A stretch of DNA of 64,000 nucleotides, taken from an uncultured Chloroflexia bacterium (GTDB taxonomy: Bacteria > Chloroflexota > Limnocylindria > Limnocylindrales > CSP1-4). The DNA lies in assembly GCA_963748235.1 (NCBI GenBank), contig CAVVHT010000009.1, forward strand, positions 1,414,756 to 1,478,755, given 5' to 3'. Positions 23,292-31,575 of this stretch are shown piece by piece; the stretch's first letter is position 1, and the number at the start of each line of letters is the position of its first letter. Made by a program: the position numbers and the translations under genes. Below the pieces are notes generated by a model. The model did not search any database, was not told the origin of the DNA, and saw only the letters and a list, made by a program, of their open reading frames with translations.

Positions 23292-24086
23292 TCACCGCGG
23301 TCCGGGACCGGGCGTCGACCTGCCCGGACCCCACACCTCCGGGCCGCAGATGAACGGTCTCGGCGCGGGCGAATACTGAGCTCGCCAGCGCGGCATGTCG
23401 TCCGCCGTGGCCGGCAGGCGGCCGTCATCGAAGGCTCGCTCTACCTCTGCCTCGACGTCAGCGAAATCGGACCAGTCGATCCACGGCCAGCCCTCGGCGG
23501 CACAGATTCGGACCAGGGCGTCCTTGGCGAAGACCATGTCTGCATGCGCGGCCGCGAATCGGTCGCTTGTGCCATCGCCGACGAAAACCACCGCCTGGCC
23601 CTCGGCCTGATGCAACCGCACTCGCTCGCGCTTGCACGTTCCGCACACGAAACACGAAGGGTGGCTGAACGGAAAGCTCATTCCGGCGCCGCCGTCAGCG
23701 ACGGTGTTCTCGTTCGTTGAGATGTCGAGCTCGCCGAGGCCCAACGAGGCCAGGTTGGAGCGAACGTAGAAGCCGAGACCGTCGCTGACGATCTCGATGC
23801 GCGCGCCGCGCGCGTGCGCCGCGGCAACGAAGGATGGAAAGTGCTCGTCCTGGGGCATCGCAGCCGCCTCGCGGCGCAGCAGGTCGGCGTCCCGAGGCAG
23901 GACATCCATGTCCCACTTCATGAGCGTGCGCGAGCCGATCAGGCCCGCGTCATACAGCGCCTCCCGGCGCGCTATCTCCGCGCTATCGGGGTAGTGGCGG
24001 GTGAGAAGCTCATCGCCTACGTCGATGCGCGAGATCGTTCCGTCGTAATCGATCAGGAAGCTGACCGGCGCGACGAGCGCGCTCAG
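23292..24086 (-). CDS. HAD-superfamily phosphatase (MtnX/PSPase-like) with C-terminal extension; start codon unresolved
   Basis: Track ORF 23292..23921 ('VVFVGDGTSDRFAAAHADMVFAK'). The catalytic 'FLIDYDGTIS' (DxDxT) lies upstream of the first ATG in the same frame. That frame is closed by TGA 24141-24143 and contains only CTG 24086 as a possible start. Confidence 0.65.
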   Translation of the reverse strand: MSALVAPVSFLIDYDGTISRIDVGDELLTRHYPDSAEIARREALYDAGLIGSRTLMKWDMDVLPRDADLLRREAAAMPQDEHFPSFVAAAHARGARIEIVSDGLGFYVRSNLASLGLGELDISTNENTVADGGAGMSFPFSHPSCFVCGTCKRERVRLHQAEGQAVVFVGDGTSDRFAAAHADMVFAKDALVRICAAEGWPWIDWSDFADVEAEVERAFDDGRLPATADDMPRWRAQYSPAPRPFICGPEVWGPGRSTPGPGPR

Positions 24087-24265
24087 ATCGTGCCCGCCTC
24101 CTCGACCGACTCCAGCTCCTGCTCCAGCTCGAGCGCCTCGTCATCGGCTTCCTCGGTGAGCTTGAGCCACACGAACAGGCCGGCCAGCACGGCCAGCGGC
24201 ACGACCACCACCGCGGCGAGCAGGACCACGAGGAGCAGTGCCAGGAGCTTCAACAGTCTTCCCAT
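24083..24265 (-). CDS. 60-aa single-pass membrane protein with acidic C-terminus
   Basis: GGAGG RBS before the ATG. 'LLKLLALLLVVLLAAVVVVPLAVLAGLFVWL' followed by 'TEEADDEALELEQELESVEEAG'. Confidence 0.45.
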   Translation of the reverse strand: MGRLLKLLALLLVVLLAAVVVVPLAVLAGLFVWLKLTEEADDEALELEQELESVEEAGTI

Positions 24266-24332
24266 TCCGACCTCCAGCAGTTGATTGAATCCACGTTAGC
24301 GCAATCCCTCAAGTGAGTCGTCCACGGAGCAG

Positions 24333-24347
24333 GTCACGCCGCGTGAC
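24333..24347. promoter_or_regulatory. Perfect 15-bp palindrome GTCACGC-C-GCGTGAC (candidate operator)
   Basis: Read directly. Lies in the AT-richer 273-bp spacer, ~70 nt upstream of the 60-aa ORF/HAD operon. Confidence 0.3.
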
Positions 24348-24538
24348 AACATTCCGTTTCTGGATCGTTCAGCGGCAGCAAAAGATATCGCCCGGCGAGT
24401 CAAAACGCCGCTAGGGCGCCACTCGACTCGACTACAGCAGGATTTCAAAGAAGGACGCCGACATCGACCGACAGTTGGGTTGCTCAGCGAACCCACGAGA
24501 CTGACGAGCGGTGGTCGCGATCGCCACGTCGACGCTCG

Positions 24539-25042
24539 CTAACGACCTCTGGCCGGACGGGCCGTGGCGACCATTGCCTCGATCTCCTCGCGCGTGAACT
24601 CGACCAATACGTGCCGGAGGCCGGCCCGAGTCGACATCAGCAGGCGGAGCACGAATTGGTGGTCCTGCTCGAAGAAGAAGACGTCGCGCGGCTGCTGCTG
24701 ATCGATGTAGGCGCCCAGGACACGCAGCGCCGTCTCGTAGAAGCCGCCCGATCGTGATGCGCCACCATTGTCGGGGCGGCGGTCCGATCGGCGCGCGAGC
24801 GCCTCGTCCATGAAACCCGACAGGTCGTCCTCGACCAGAGTGACCGTTTCCTTGTCCAGCCGAGCGTTGGGGTCACCCCACGGCCGATCTTCGCCGGGCA
24901 CGAGCGCAAGACCCTGGATGACGAAGCCGTCGTCGGTCTCGTTGAGGCTGATCTCGCGCATTCCGCGCTGGTCGAGCACCGCGCCGATCGAACGCAGCAC
25001 TTCCTCGTACTGCTGCCGCGGCGCTCCTTCGTACATGCGCAT
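24539..25042 (-). CDS. Hypothetical cytoplasmic protein, 167 aa
   Basis: Clean ORF with normal amino-acid composition and two similar halves ('DDGFVIQGLALV', 'DHQFVLRLLMST'). No family recognised. Confidence 0.6.
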   Translation of the reverse strand: MRMYEGAPRQQYEEVLRSIGAVLDQRGMREISLNETDDGFVIQGLALVPGEDRPWGDPNARLDKETVTLVEDDLSGFMDEALARRSDRRPDNGGASRSGGFYETALRVLGAYIDQQQPRDVFFFEQDHQFVLRLLMSTRAGLRHVLVEFTREEIEAMVATARPARGR

Positions 25043-25090
25043 GGCGTCAGTCTAGGTAGCCATCTGCGCGTGGAAATCGGCCAGTCGTAC

Positions 25091-26509
25091 CTACTGGCTG
25101 TAGAGGCTGGCGTCCCCGAACAGCTCCTGCGAGAGCTCGCCGATGGCGTCGAGGTTGGGCACCAGGACCGGGCGCTTGAGCCCGGTTTCGCTGGGCCGCA
25201 TCAAGTCTGCCCATTCGGGATCCTTGAAAACCCACGATTGGCTCGGCTCATCCTCGACTGCCTGCGCGAGATCGAGCATCTCGCCGATCCTGTTGGGCGG
25301 ATAGTTGGTGTTGATCACCAGGGCGAGCGCCTCGGCGATGTCGGGGATGCGCGGCAGGTTCTCCGGCTTGAGCATCTCCTTCTTCAGAGCAGCGAGGACC
25401 TGCTGCTGCCGATGGGCGCGAGCGAAGTCGCCACCGGCCTGGCCCTTGCGGCTGCGAACGAAGCGCAGCGCGTCGGCCGGATTGAGCCGGTGCTCGCCGA
25501 CCGACAGGTAGAACTGCAGGTGGTCGTCGGCGATCTCTCGTTCGTTGTTGACAGTGACTCCGCCAACCTGGCGCACGACCTCCTGGAAGCCCTCCATGTT
25601 GACGCTGGCGTAATAGTCGATCGGGATGCCGAGCATGAAACCGACCTGGTTTGCCAGCGCCGGCATGCCCGGATCCGGGAACTGATCGGGGTATAGCTTG
25701 CTCACGCCGGCGAAGGTATTCAGCTTGCCGCTGTACGTGCCGCCGTTGTAGATCGGGAAGCGCTGCAGGTCGCGCGGGAAGCTGAACATCAGCACTTCAC
25801 CGGTTTCGCTGTTGACACTGACCACCAGCATCGTGTCCGTCCGCGCGCCGACACGGCCCTCCCACCAGTCGATGCCGGCAAGAAGCACGTTCAGCCAGCC
25901 GTCATTCTCTGCGTCGAGAGCAGTGATGTCGAAGCCCGGCGTTGGCCCGGGCTCGATCGACGGGCTGGGCTCGTCGGGTGGCTCGTCGGACGGATCGACG
26001 AAATCGGGCGGTCGAGGCGTCGGTGTTGCACCCGGATCGGGCGTCTGGCCTGCCGGAGTGGGTGACGGGGTGAAGGTCGGCTGCGGGCCGTCATCGAGCG
26101 TCGGATCGCTGGTCGAGTCCGAGATGGCGATGCCGGCGTTGCCGATGCGATAGAGCGACGTTGCGCCCCAGACGTCGACGACGCCGACGACCAGGACTAG
26201 GACGAGCGGTACGACGATGAATGCCGGCGAGGGGCTGCGGCCGTTGCGCCACGCATGGACGATCGCCGCGATCCACCACAGGCCAAGGGCAATGACGCTA
26301 AGCGCGGCCGGGAAGCTGAAGCCGGGATCGAAGATGCGCGCGCCGACACCGACCAGGCCGCCTCCGGTGACGACCAGCAGGACGACGATGAGCAGCACGG
26401 CGATGACCGGCAAGGCAAATATCAGGGCGGCGCGAGACAGCCCCAGATAGGCCTGGCCGAGACCGGGGAAGATGAAGCTCAGAGCCGCGGCTACTGCACC
26501 CGATTTCAT
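25091..26509 (-). CDS. LytR-CpsA-Psr (LCP) family cell-wall glycopolymer ligase with N-terminal polytopic membrane region
   Basis: 'LNVLLAGID...RTDTMLVVSVN...FSFPRDL', 'YYASVNMEGFQEVVRQVGGVTV', 'ALRFVRSRK...GDFARAHRQQQVL'. Confidence 0.9.
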   Translation of the reverse strand: MKSGAVAAALSFIFPGLGQAYLGLSRAALIFALPVIAVLLIVVLLVVTGGGLVGVGARIFDPGFSFPAALSVIALGLWWIAAIVHAWRNGRSPSPAFIVVPLVLVLVVGVVDVWGATSLYRIGNAGIAISDSTSDPTLDDGPQPTFTPSPTPAGQTPDPGATPTPRPPDFVDPSDEPPDEPSPSIEPGPTPGFDITALDAENDGWLNVLLAGIDWWEGRVGARTDTMLVVSVNSETGEVLMFSFPRDLQRFPIYNGGTYSGKLNTFAGVSKLYPDQFPDPGMPALANQVGFMLGIPIDYYASVNMEGFQEVVRQVGGVTVNNEREIADDHLQFYLSVGEHRLNPADALRFVRSRKGQAGGDFARAHRQQQVLAALKKEMLKPENLPRIPDIAEALALVINTNYPPNRIGEMLDLAQAVEDEPSQSWVFKDPEWADLMRPSETGLKRPVLVPNLDAIGELSQELFGDASLYSQ

Positions 26510-26602
26510 GGGTCGCCGCGGCGAGCCCGGATAGGCTCGCGGATTGAATGTCTGGTTCAGGCTGGCGCGCCTCCTGCCCCTAACTTTAGTTGACGAGGTT
26601 TA

Positions 26603-26628
26603 AACGCGTGACGAGTGGTGAACGTTCC
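26603..26628 (-). promoter_or_regulatory. Candidate ECF-type promoter GGAAC-N17-CGTT upstream of the LCP gene
   Basis: Minus strand reads GGGAAC (26629-26624), a 17-nt spacer, then CGTTT (26606-26602). About 95 nt upstream of the LCP ATG (26509). Confidence 0.3.
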
Positions 26629-26749
26629 CGCGTGACGTCGAGGGTGCTGGTGAGCACGGTCGGTGCCTGGGGCACCAGGCGGGCGGGGCCAGCACAGGCG
26701 CCCGATCGTACCGATTGACCTGCGCCGCCGGCGGCCGACCATTGCGCAC

Positions 26750-27679
26750 ATGCCCCGCCTATTGCTGATCCGCAGCATGGCCGTCGCGCTGATGGCCGTT
26801 CTTGTGAGCGCGCCGTCGGCGAGCGCGGCTGCGCCGGTGACGATTCCCGGCGCGCCGAACTGCCCGGTATTTCCCGAGACGAACGTTTGGAACAGACGCG
26901 TCGACACGCTGCCGGTCCGATCGGACTCGTCGACACTGATGTCGAGCATTGGCCTCGACTCGAACCTGCACCCCGACTTCAGCTCGATCAGCGGCGGCAA
27001 CTACGGAATCCCGTACATGGTCGTGGGCTCCGGGGCGCGGAAAAAGAACGTGACCTTCACCTGGCCAGGTAAATCCGACCCCAACCCGTACTTCATCCCA
27101 CGCAAGCCGAAGATCGAAGGCGGGTCGGATCGTCACCTGCTCGTCGTCAACCGGGACACCTGCAGGCTGTACGAGCTCTTCAATCTGCGCAAGACATCGA
27201 CTGGCTGGAAGGCAGGCTCAGGAGCGCAGTGGGATATGAATTCGAACGCCCTGCGGCCGGCCGGCTGGACGAGTGCCGACGCGGCCGGGCTGCCGATTCT
27301 TCCCGGTTTGGTGCGCTACGACGAGGTGGCCGCAGGCGAGATTCGCCACGCGCTGCGTTTCACCACGGATGAGACGCGCAGCGCCTACATATACCCGGCG
27401 CGCCACGAGGCGAGCGACTTGACCGGAGCCCAATTCCCGCCGATGGGCCTGCGCATCCGACTCAAGGCGTCGGTCGACATCTCCGGCTTCGGCCCCCAGT
27501 CACGCGTCCTTCTGCGTGCGCTGCAGCGCTACGGGATGATCTTGGCCGACAACGGCTCGCCTCTCTACGTCACCGGCGCTCCGCACGCCTCGTGGGACGA
27601 CGACGACCTGCACGACCTGCACCAGATCGAGGGCTCCGATTTCGAGGTCGTCGACACGACGAGAATGGTCAACGGCTAG
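26750..27679 (+). CDS. Secreted protein of unknown function
   Basis: ATG 26750 inside track ORF 26663..27679. Signal peptide 'MPRLLLIRSMAVALMAVLVSAPSASAA'. Conserved-looking 'GWTSADAAGLPILPGLVRYDEV', 'IRHALRFT' and 'GMILADNGS'. Confidence 0.7.
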   Translation: MPRLLLIRSMAVALMAVLVSAPSASAAAPVTIPGAPNCPVFPETNVWNRRVDTLPVRSDSSTLMSSIGLDSNLHPDFSSISGGNYGIPYMVVGSGARKKNVTFTWPGKSDPNPYFIPRKPKIEGGSDRHLLVVNRDTCRLYELFNLRKTSTGWKAGSGAQWDMNSNALRPAGWTSADAAGLPILPGLVRYDEVAAGEIRHALRFTTDETRSAYIYPARHEASDLTGAQFPPMGLRIRLKASVDISGFGPQSRVLLRALQRYGMILADNGSPLYVTGAPHASWDDDDLHDLHQIEGSDFEVVDTTRMVNG

Positions 27680-28593
27680 CCGGACACCTTCACCAGCGCC
27701 GTGGCGATCTGGGCCGCGACGCGGGCGTTGTTCTCGATCAGCGCGAGATTGGCCTGAACCGAGCGGCCGTCGGTGATCTCGGCAATGCGCTTCAGGACGA
27801 ATGGCGTGGCCGCCGGACCATGTACTCCTGCTGCCTCCGCGTCGGCGACAGCTTGAGCAGCCGCGGCGTCTGCCTCTTCCCGTGAGAGCGCGGCATCGGC
27901 AGGCAGCGGCACCGAAATGACGATGCCCAATTCGAGGCTGAGCTCCCAATGGGCAGCCGCGATGCGTGCCGCCTCGGACGCGTCGGCCACCGAGCCGGCC
28001 AGGATACGGCCACTCTCGCGGGCGTAGAACCCAGCGAGCTCGTTGGTCTGCCAGCCGAGCACCGGCACGCCATGGGTCTCCAGGTACTCGAGCGTCAGAT
28101 CCAAGTCGAGCATCGATTTGGGTCCGGCGCAGACGACGAGCACCGGCGTCCGTGCCAACTCGTCGAGGTCGGCCGAGATATCCATGGTTGAGGCTCCGCC
28201 GCGATGGACGCCGCCGATGCCGCCTGTTGCGAAGACCCTGATGCCGGCCATCTGGGCGGCGATCATCGTGGCCGAAACCGTCGTGCCCGCCCAGCCGCCT
28301 TCGGCGACCGCCAGGGCGAGCGTGGCACGCGATGCCTTGCGTGGCGCGGTCGCAGCGGCAATCTCCTCGAGCTGAGCGTCGGTCAGGCCGACGAGCAGCT
28401 CCCCGTCGTGGACGGCAACCGTCGCCGGCACTCCTCCGGAGTCACGCACCGCGGCCTCGGCGCGCCGCGCGGCGTCCACGTTGAGCGGCGGCGCGAAGCC
28501 ATGCGTGATGAGCGTCGATTCGAGCGCGACAACGGGCCTTCGCTCAGCGTGAGCGGCCCAGACCTCGGGCGAGATTCGAAGTGCTGCGGTCAC
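27676..28593 (-). CDS. psuG: Pseudouridine-5'-phosphate glycosidase
   Basis: 305 aa with 'VALESTLITHG', 'TTVSATMIAA', 'FATGGIGGVHRGG' and 'VVCAGPKSMLD'. Confidence 0.9.
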   Translation of the reverse strand: MTAALRISPEVWAAHAERRPVVALESTLITHGFAPPLNVDAARRAEAAVRDSGGVPATVAVHDGELLVGLTDAQLEEIAAATAPRKASRATLALAVAEGGWAGTTVSATMIAAQMAGIRVFATGGIGGVHRGGASTMDISADLDELARTPVLVVCAGPKSMLDLDLTLEYLETHGVPVLGWQTNELAGFYARESGRILAGSVADASEAARIAAAHWELSLELGIVISVPLPADAALSREEADAAAAQAVADAEAAGVHGPAATPFVLKRIAEITDGRSVQANLALIENNARVAAQIATALVKVSG

Positions 28594-29561
28594 AGGCCGA
28601 GCTCCGGGCGGGGCGATGTCAGCAGCCGCGACGCCGACCTATTCCCGGCGATCGCCGAGCGTCGCAGCAATGCCGTGGCTCGCGCGCCCCCTGCCGTGTA
28701 ACCGCCGGCGACGAGCGCATGCAGGAAACCCGCGTCGAAGGCGTCACCCGCGCCCGTCGTGTCGGTTGCCGCTATGGACCTTGTCGCCACATCTATCTCG
28801 AGCACCTCGGCTTGATTGTCGCCGCGCCACAGCACGCGGCAACCCGCGGCGCCTTCCTTGATCACGACCAGCGGCGCGAACTCAAGCAGCCGAGCATGCC
28901 GTCGCGCGCCGACGACGGCGGCAGCCTCGTCGGCATTGGCAAACAGGACGTCCGGTGCCACCTCCTGAAGCAGAGTACGCACGGCCGCTCGGCCCGCATC
29001 CACCAACGGCCGGCGCGACGCAAGGTCGACTGATACCAGGGCCCCTCGCTGGCGCATCGCGTGGGCGCCGACCAGTGAAGCGGCCCCGATCGGGCGGCCG
29101 AGGAGCGAATACGCCGGCATATGCAGGACGTCGGCATGCCGGAACCAGGCTGTCTGAACGGCCGTGGCGGGAAGGTCGTCGGCAACCGCACGGTCGGTCA
29201 CGAACGAGCGCTGCCCCGACGGCTCGACGATCGCCGCCAGTCGCGGCGTGACCCCGCGGCGCTCAACGGCATGAACGGTGACACCCGAGGCGCGCAGGGC
29301 GGCCACCAACCGCCGGCCGAGCTCGTCCTGCCCGCGTGTGCCGACGAACGCGGCTGCTCCACCCAGGCCGGCAAAGGCACGCGCCGTGTTGGCCGCCGAG
29401 CCACCGAGCCTGAAGCGGACTGTGCCCGGCACATCGGTACCCGACTCGACGCCGGCCTGGGCGTGCACGACGACGTCGAGCATCACATCGCCGATGGCTA
29501 TCAGTCGCGGCCGACGAGCCGAGGCAAGGCGGCCGGAGCCGATCCGAGGAGTGCGCACCAC
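28590..29561 (-). CDS. PfkB-family carbohydrate kinase (probable pseudouridine kinase)
   Basis: 'LIAIGDVMLDV', 'GGSAANTA', 'DTTGAGDAF'. 4-nt overlap with psuG. GTG 29561 chosen because the upstream part of the track ORF overlaps the tkt promoter region. Confidence 0.8.
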   Translation of the reverse strand: MVRTPRIGSGRLASARRPRLIAIGDVMLDVVVHAQAGVESGTDVPGTVRFRLGGSAANTARAFAGLGGAAAFVGTRGQDELGRRLVAALRASGVTVHAVERRGVTPRLAAIVEPSGQRSFVTDRAVADDLPATAVQTAWFRHADVLHMPAYSLLGRPIGAASLVGAHAMRQRGALVSVDLASRRPLVDAGRAAVRTLLQEVAPDVLFANADEAAAVVGARRHARLLEFAPLVVIKEGAAGCRVLWRGDNQAEVLEIDVATRSIAATDTTGAGDAFDAGFLHALVAGGYTAGGARATALLRRSAIAGNRSASRLLTSPRPELGL

Positions 29562-29688
29562 GCTCGGATGATATGAGCGGGCAACACCCGGCACGCACAG
29601 GCTGTTAACGCGCAACGAGACGGCAGCGCGATACGATGGCTCGGACTCCCTGAGCCGATGATGGGTGGTGTCGATTGATGGTTCGAAC

Positions 29689-31575
29689 ATGACTGACGCG
29701 CACGACGATCGCGACGTTTGGCACGAGCTCGCCCAGCAGCTGCGGGTCGACTCGGTGCGCGTTTCCAGCGCGGCTGGCTCGGGGCACCCGACGTCTTCGT
29801 TGTCGGCGGCGGACCTGATGGCCGTTCTGATCAGCAAGTACCTGCGTCTGCGAGTCGACGATCCGCGCTCGCCGTACAACGATCACCTGATCTTCTCGAA
29901 GGGCCACGCGTCGCCGCTCTACTACTCGATCCTGCTCGCGATCGGCGCGATCGAAGAAGACGAGTTCCTCACCTACCGCCGCCGAGGCAGCCGGCTCGAG
30001 GGTCATCCGACGCCGATCCTGCCGTGGGTCGATGTCGCCACCGGCTCGCTTGGCCAGGGACTGCCGATCGGCGTCGGCGTGGCCCTGGCGGCCAAGCAAC
30101 TCGAGGTTCTCGACAGCCGAGTCTGGGTGCTGTGCGGCGACAGCGAGATGGCCGAGGGCTCGATGTGGGAAGCGTTCGCCCAGGGCAGCTTCGACCGGCT
30201 CGACAACCTGGTCGCGGTCGTCGATGTCAACCGCCTCGGCCAGACCGGACCGACGCGCTACGAGTGGGATCTCGATGTTTATGCGAGACGGCTGCGCGCC
30301 TTTGGCTGGTACACGATCGAGATTGACGGACATGACGTAAATGCGATCGACATCGCGTTCGCCGAGGCGACCGAGATGCGCGGCCAGCCGGTGGCGATCA
30401 TCGCGCGGACGGTGAAGGGCCAGGGCGTATCGGCCGTGGCCGACAAGAACGGCGTGCATGGCAAGCCCGTCGACGACGCCGAGCAGGCAATTGCCGAGCT
30501 GGGCGGCCGGCGCGACATCCGCGTCACGCCGCCGCGCCCGGATGAGAGCGTCGAGCCGCGCGTCCACACAGCGGATGGGCCGCTGACGCTGCCGCGCTAC
30601 GAGCTGGGCGAGAAGGTCGCGACGCGAAAGGCGTATGGCGACGCGCTCCTCGCCCTTGGGTCGGCGCGGCCCGAGATCGTGGTACTCGACGGCGAGGTTG
30701 GCAACTCCACCTACACCGAGCTCTTCGGCAACGCCCATCCGGACCGTTTCTTCCAGATGTACATCGCCGAGCAACAGATGATGGGCGCGGCGGTTGGCAT
30801 GCAGGTGCGCGGCTGGCGACCGCATTCGGCTACTTTCGCGGCGTTCCTGTCGCGTGCCTACGACTTCATTCGCATGGCCGCCGTCAGCCGGGCCGACCTG
30901 TACCTGTGCGGCTCCCACGCCGGCGTGTCGATCGGCGAGGACGGGCCTTCCCAGATGGGCCTCGAGGACATCGCCATGATGCGCGCGATTCACGGCAGCA
31001 CCGTGCTCTACCCGTGCGACGCCAACCAGACGGCCAAGCTGCTGGCGCTGATGGATGAGCAGCGCGGCATTAACTACATGCGCACCACGCGCCAGGCGAC
31101 GCCGGTCATCTACGGCCCGGACGAGGAGTTCACGATCGGCGGCAGCCGCGTGCTGCGTTTCTCGGAGGACGACGAGCTGACCATCGTTGCCGCCGGCATC
31201 ACCGTCGGCGAGGCACTGGCAGCCGCCGAGACGCTCGCCGAGAGTGGCGTGGCGGCGCGGGTGATCGACCTCTACTCGGTCAAGCCGCTTGACGAGGCGA
31301 CCCTGATCGAGGCGGCCCGGACAACCGGACGCGTGATGACGGTCGAGGACCACTGGCCGGAGGGCGGCATCGGCGAGGCAGTGTTCGAGGCACTCGCCGA
31401 GGGCGGCATCGGCGTGGCAGGCAGCCTGCTCGCGCCTCGGCAGATGCCCGGCTCGGCCACGCCGCTGGAAGAGATCGCCGATGCCGGCATCGATGCCGCG
31501 GCGATCGTTGCCGCAGCCACCGACCTGATGAAGAGACAGCGGCCCGAGCCGGCCGCTGTGGCCGCAAACCTGTGA
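29689..31575 (+). CDS. tkt: Transketolase
   Basis: 'GSGHPTSSLSAADLMAVL', 'FSKGHASPLYY', 'CGDSEMAEGSMWEA', 'GSHAGVSIGEDGPSQ'. ATG 29689 lies inside track ORF 29665..31575. Confidence 0.9.
   Translation: MTDAHDDRDVWHELAQQLRVDSVRVSSAAGSGHPTSSLSAADLMAVLISKYLRLRVDDPRSPYNDHLIFSKGHASPLYYSILLAIGAIEEDEFLTYRRRGSRLEGHPTPILPWVDVATGSLGQGLPIGVGVALAAKQLEVLDSRVWVLCGDSEMAEGSMWEAFAQGSFDRLDNLVAVVDVNRLGQTGPTRYEWDLDVYARRLRAFGWYTIEIDGHDVNAIDIAFAEATEMRGQPVAIIARTVKGQGVSAVADKNGVHGKPVDDAEQAIAELGGRRDIRVTPPRPDESVEPRVHTADGPLTLPRYELGEKVATRKAYGDALLALGSARPEIVVLDGEVGNSTYTELFGNAHPDRFFQMYIAEQQMMGAAVGMQVRGWRPHSATFAAFLSRAYDFIRMAAVSRADLYLCGSHAGVSIGEDGPSQMGLEDIAMMRAIHGSTVLYPCDANQTAKLLALMDEQRGINYMRTTRQATPVIYGPDEEFTIGGSRVLRFSEDDELTIVAAGITVGEALAAAETLAESGVAARVIDLYSVKPLDEATLIEAARTTGRVMTVEDHWPEGGIGEAVFEALAEGGIGVAGSLLAPRQMPGSATPLEEIADAGIDAAAIVAAATDLMKRQRPEPAAVAANL

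Noticed and set aside
26605-26637. The direct repeat CGCGTGACG (26605-26613 and 26629-26637), together with the GCGTGAC arms of the 24333 palindrome, as a shared transcription-factor site.
   Set aside because: The 7-mer GCGTGAC also occurs inside coding regions (for example ~1340 and ~33430) at about the chance rate for this composition. The two copies in the spacer are better explained as parts of the ECF-type promoter sequence.
29605-31353. Very long ORFs antisense to well-supported genes: 29605..31353 and 31272..32786 (opposite tkt/pgi), 45449..47275 (opposite pruA), 11775..13883 (opposite pyrG), 34643..35926 (opposite zwf), 7946..8995 (opposite rho), 40453..41754, 54074..55372 and 43138..44016.
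   Set aside because: All have Arg/Ala/Gly/Asp-dominated, domain-free translations typical of off-frame reading of GC-rich DNA, which has few stop codons. In each case the opposite strand encodes a protein with unmistakable family motifs.
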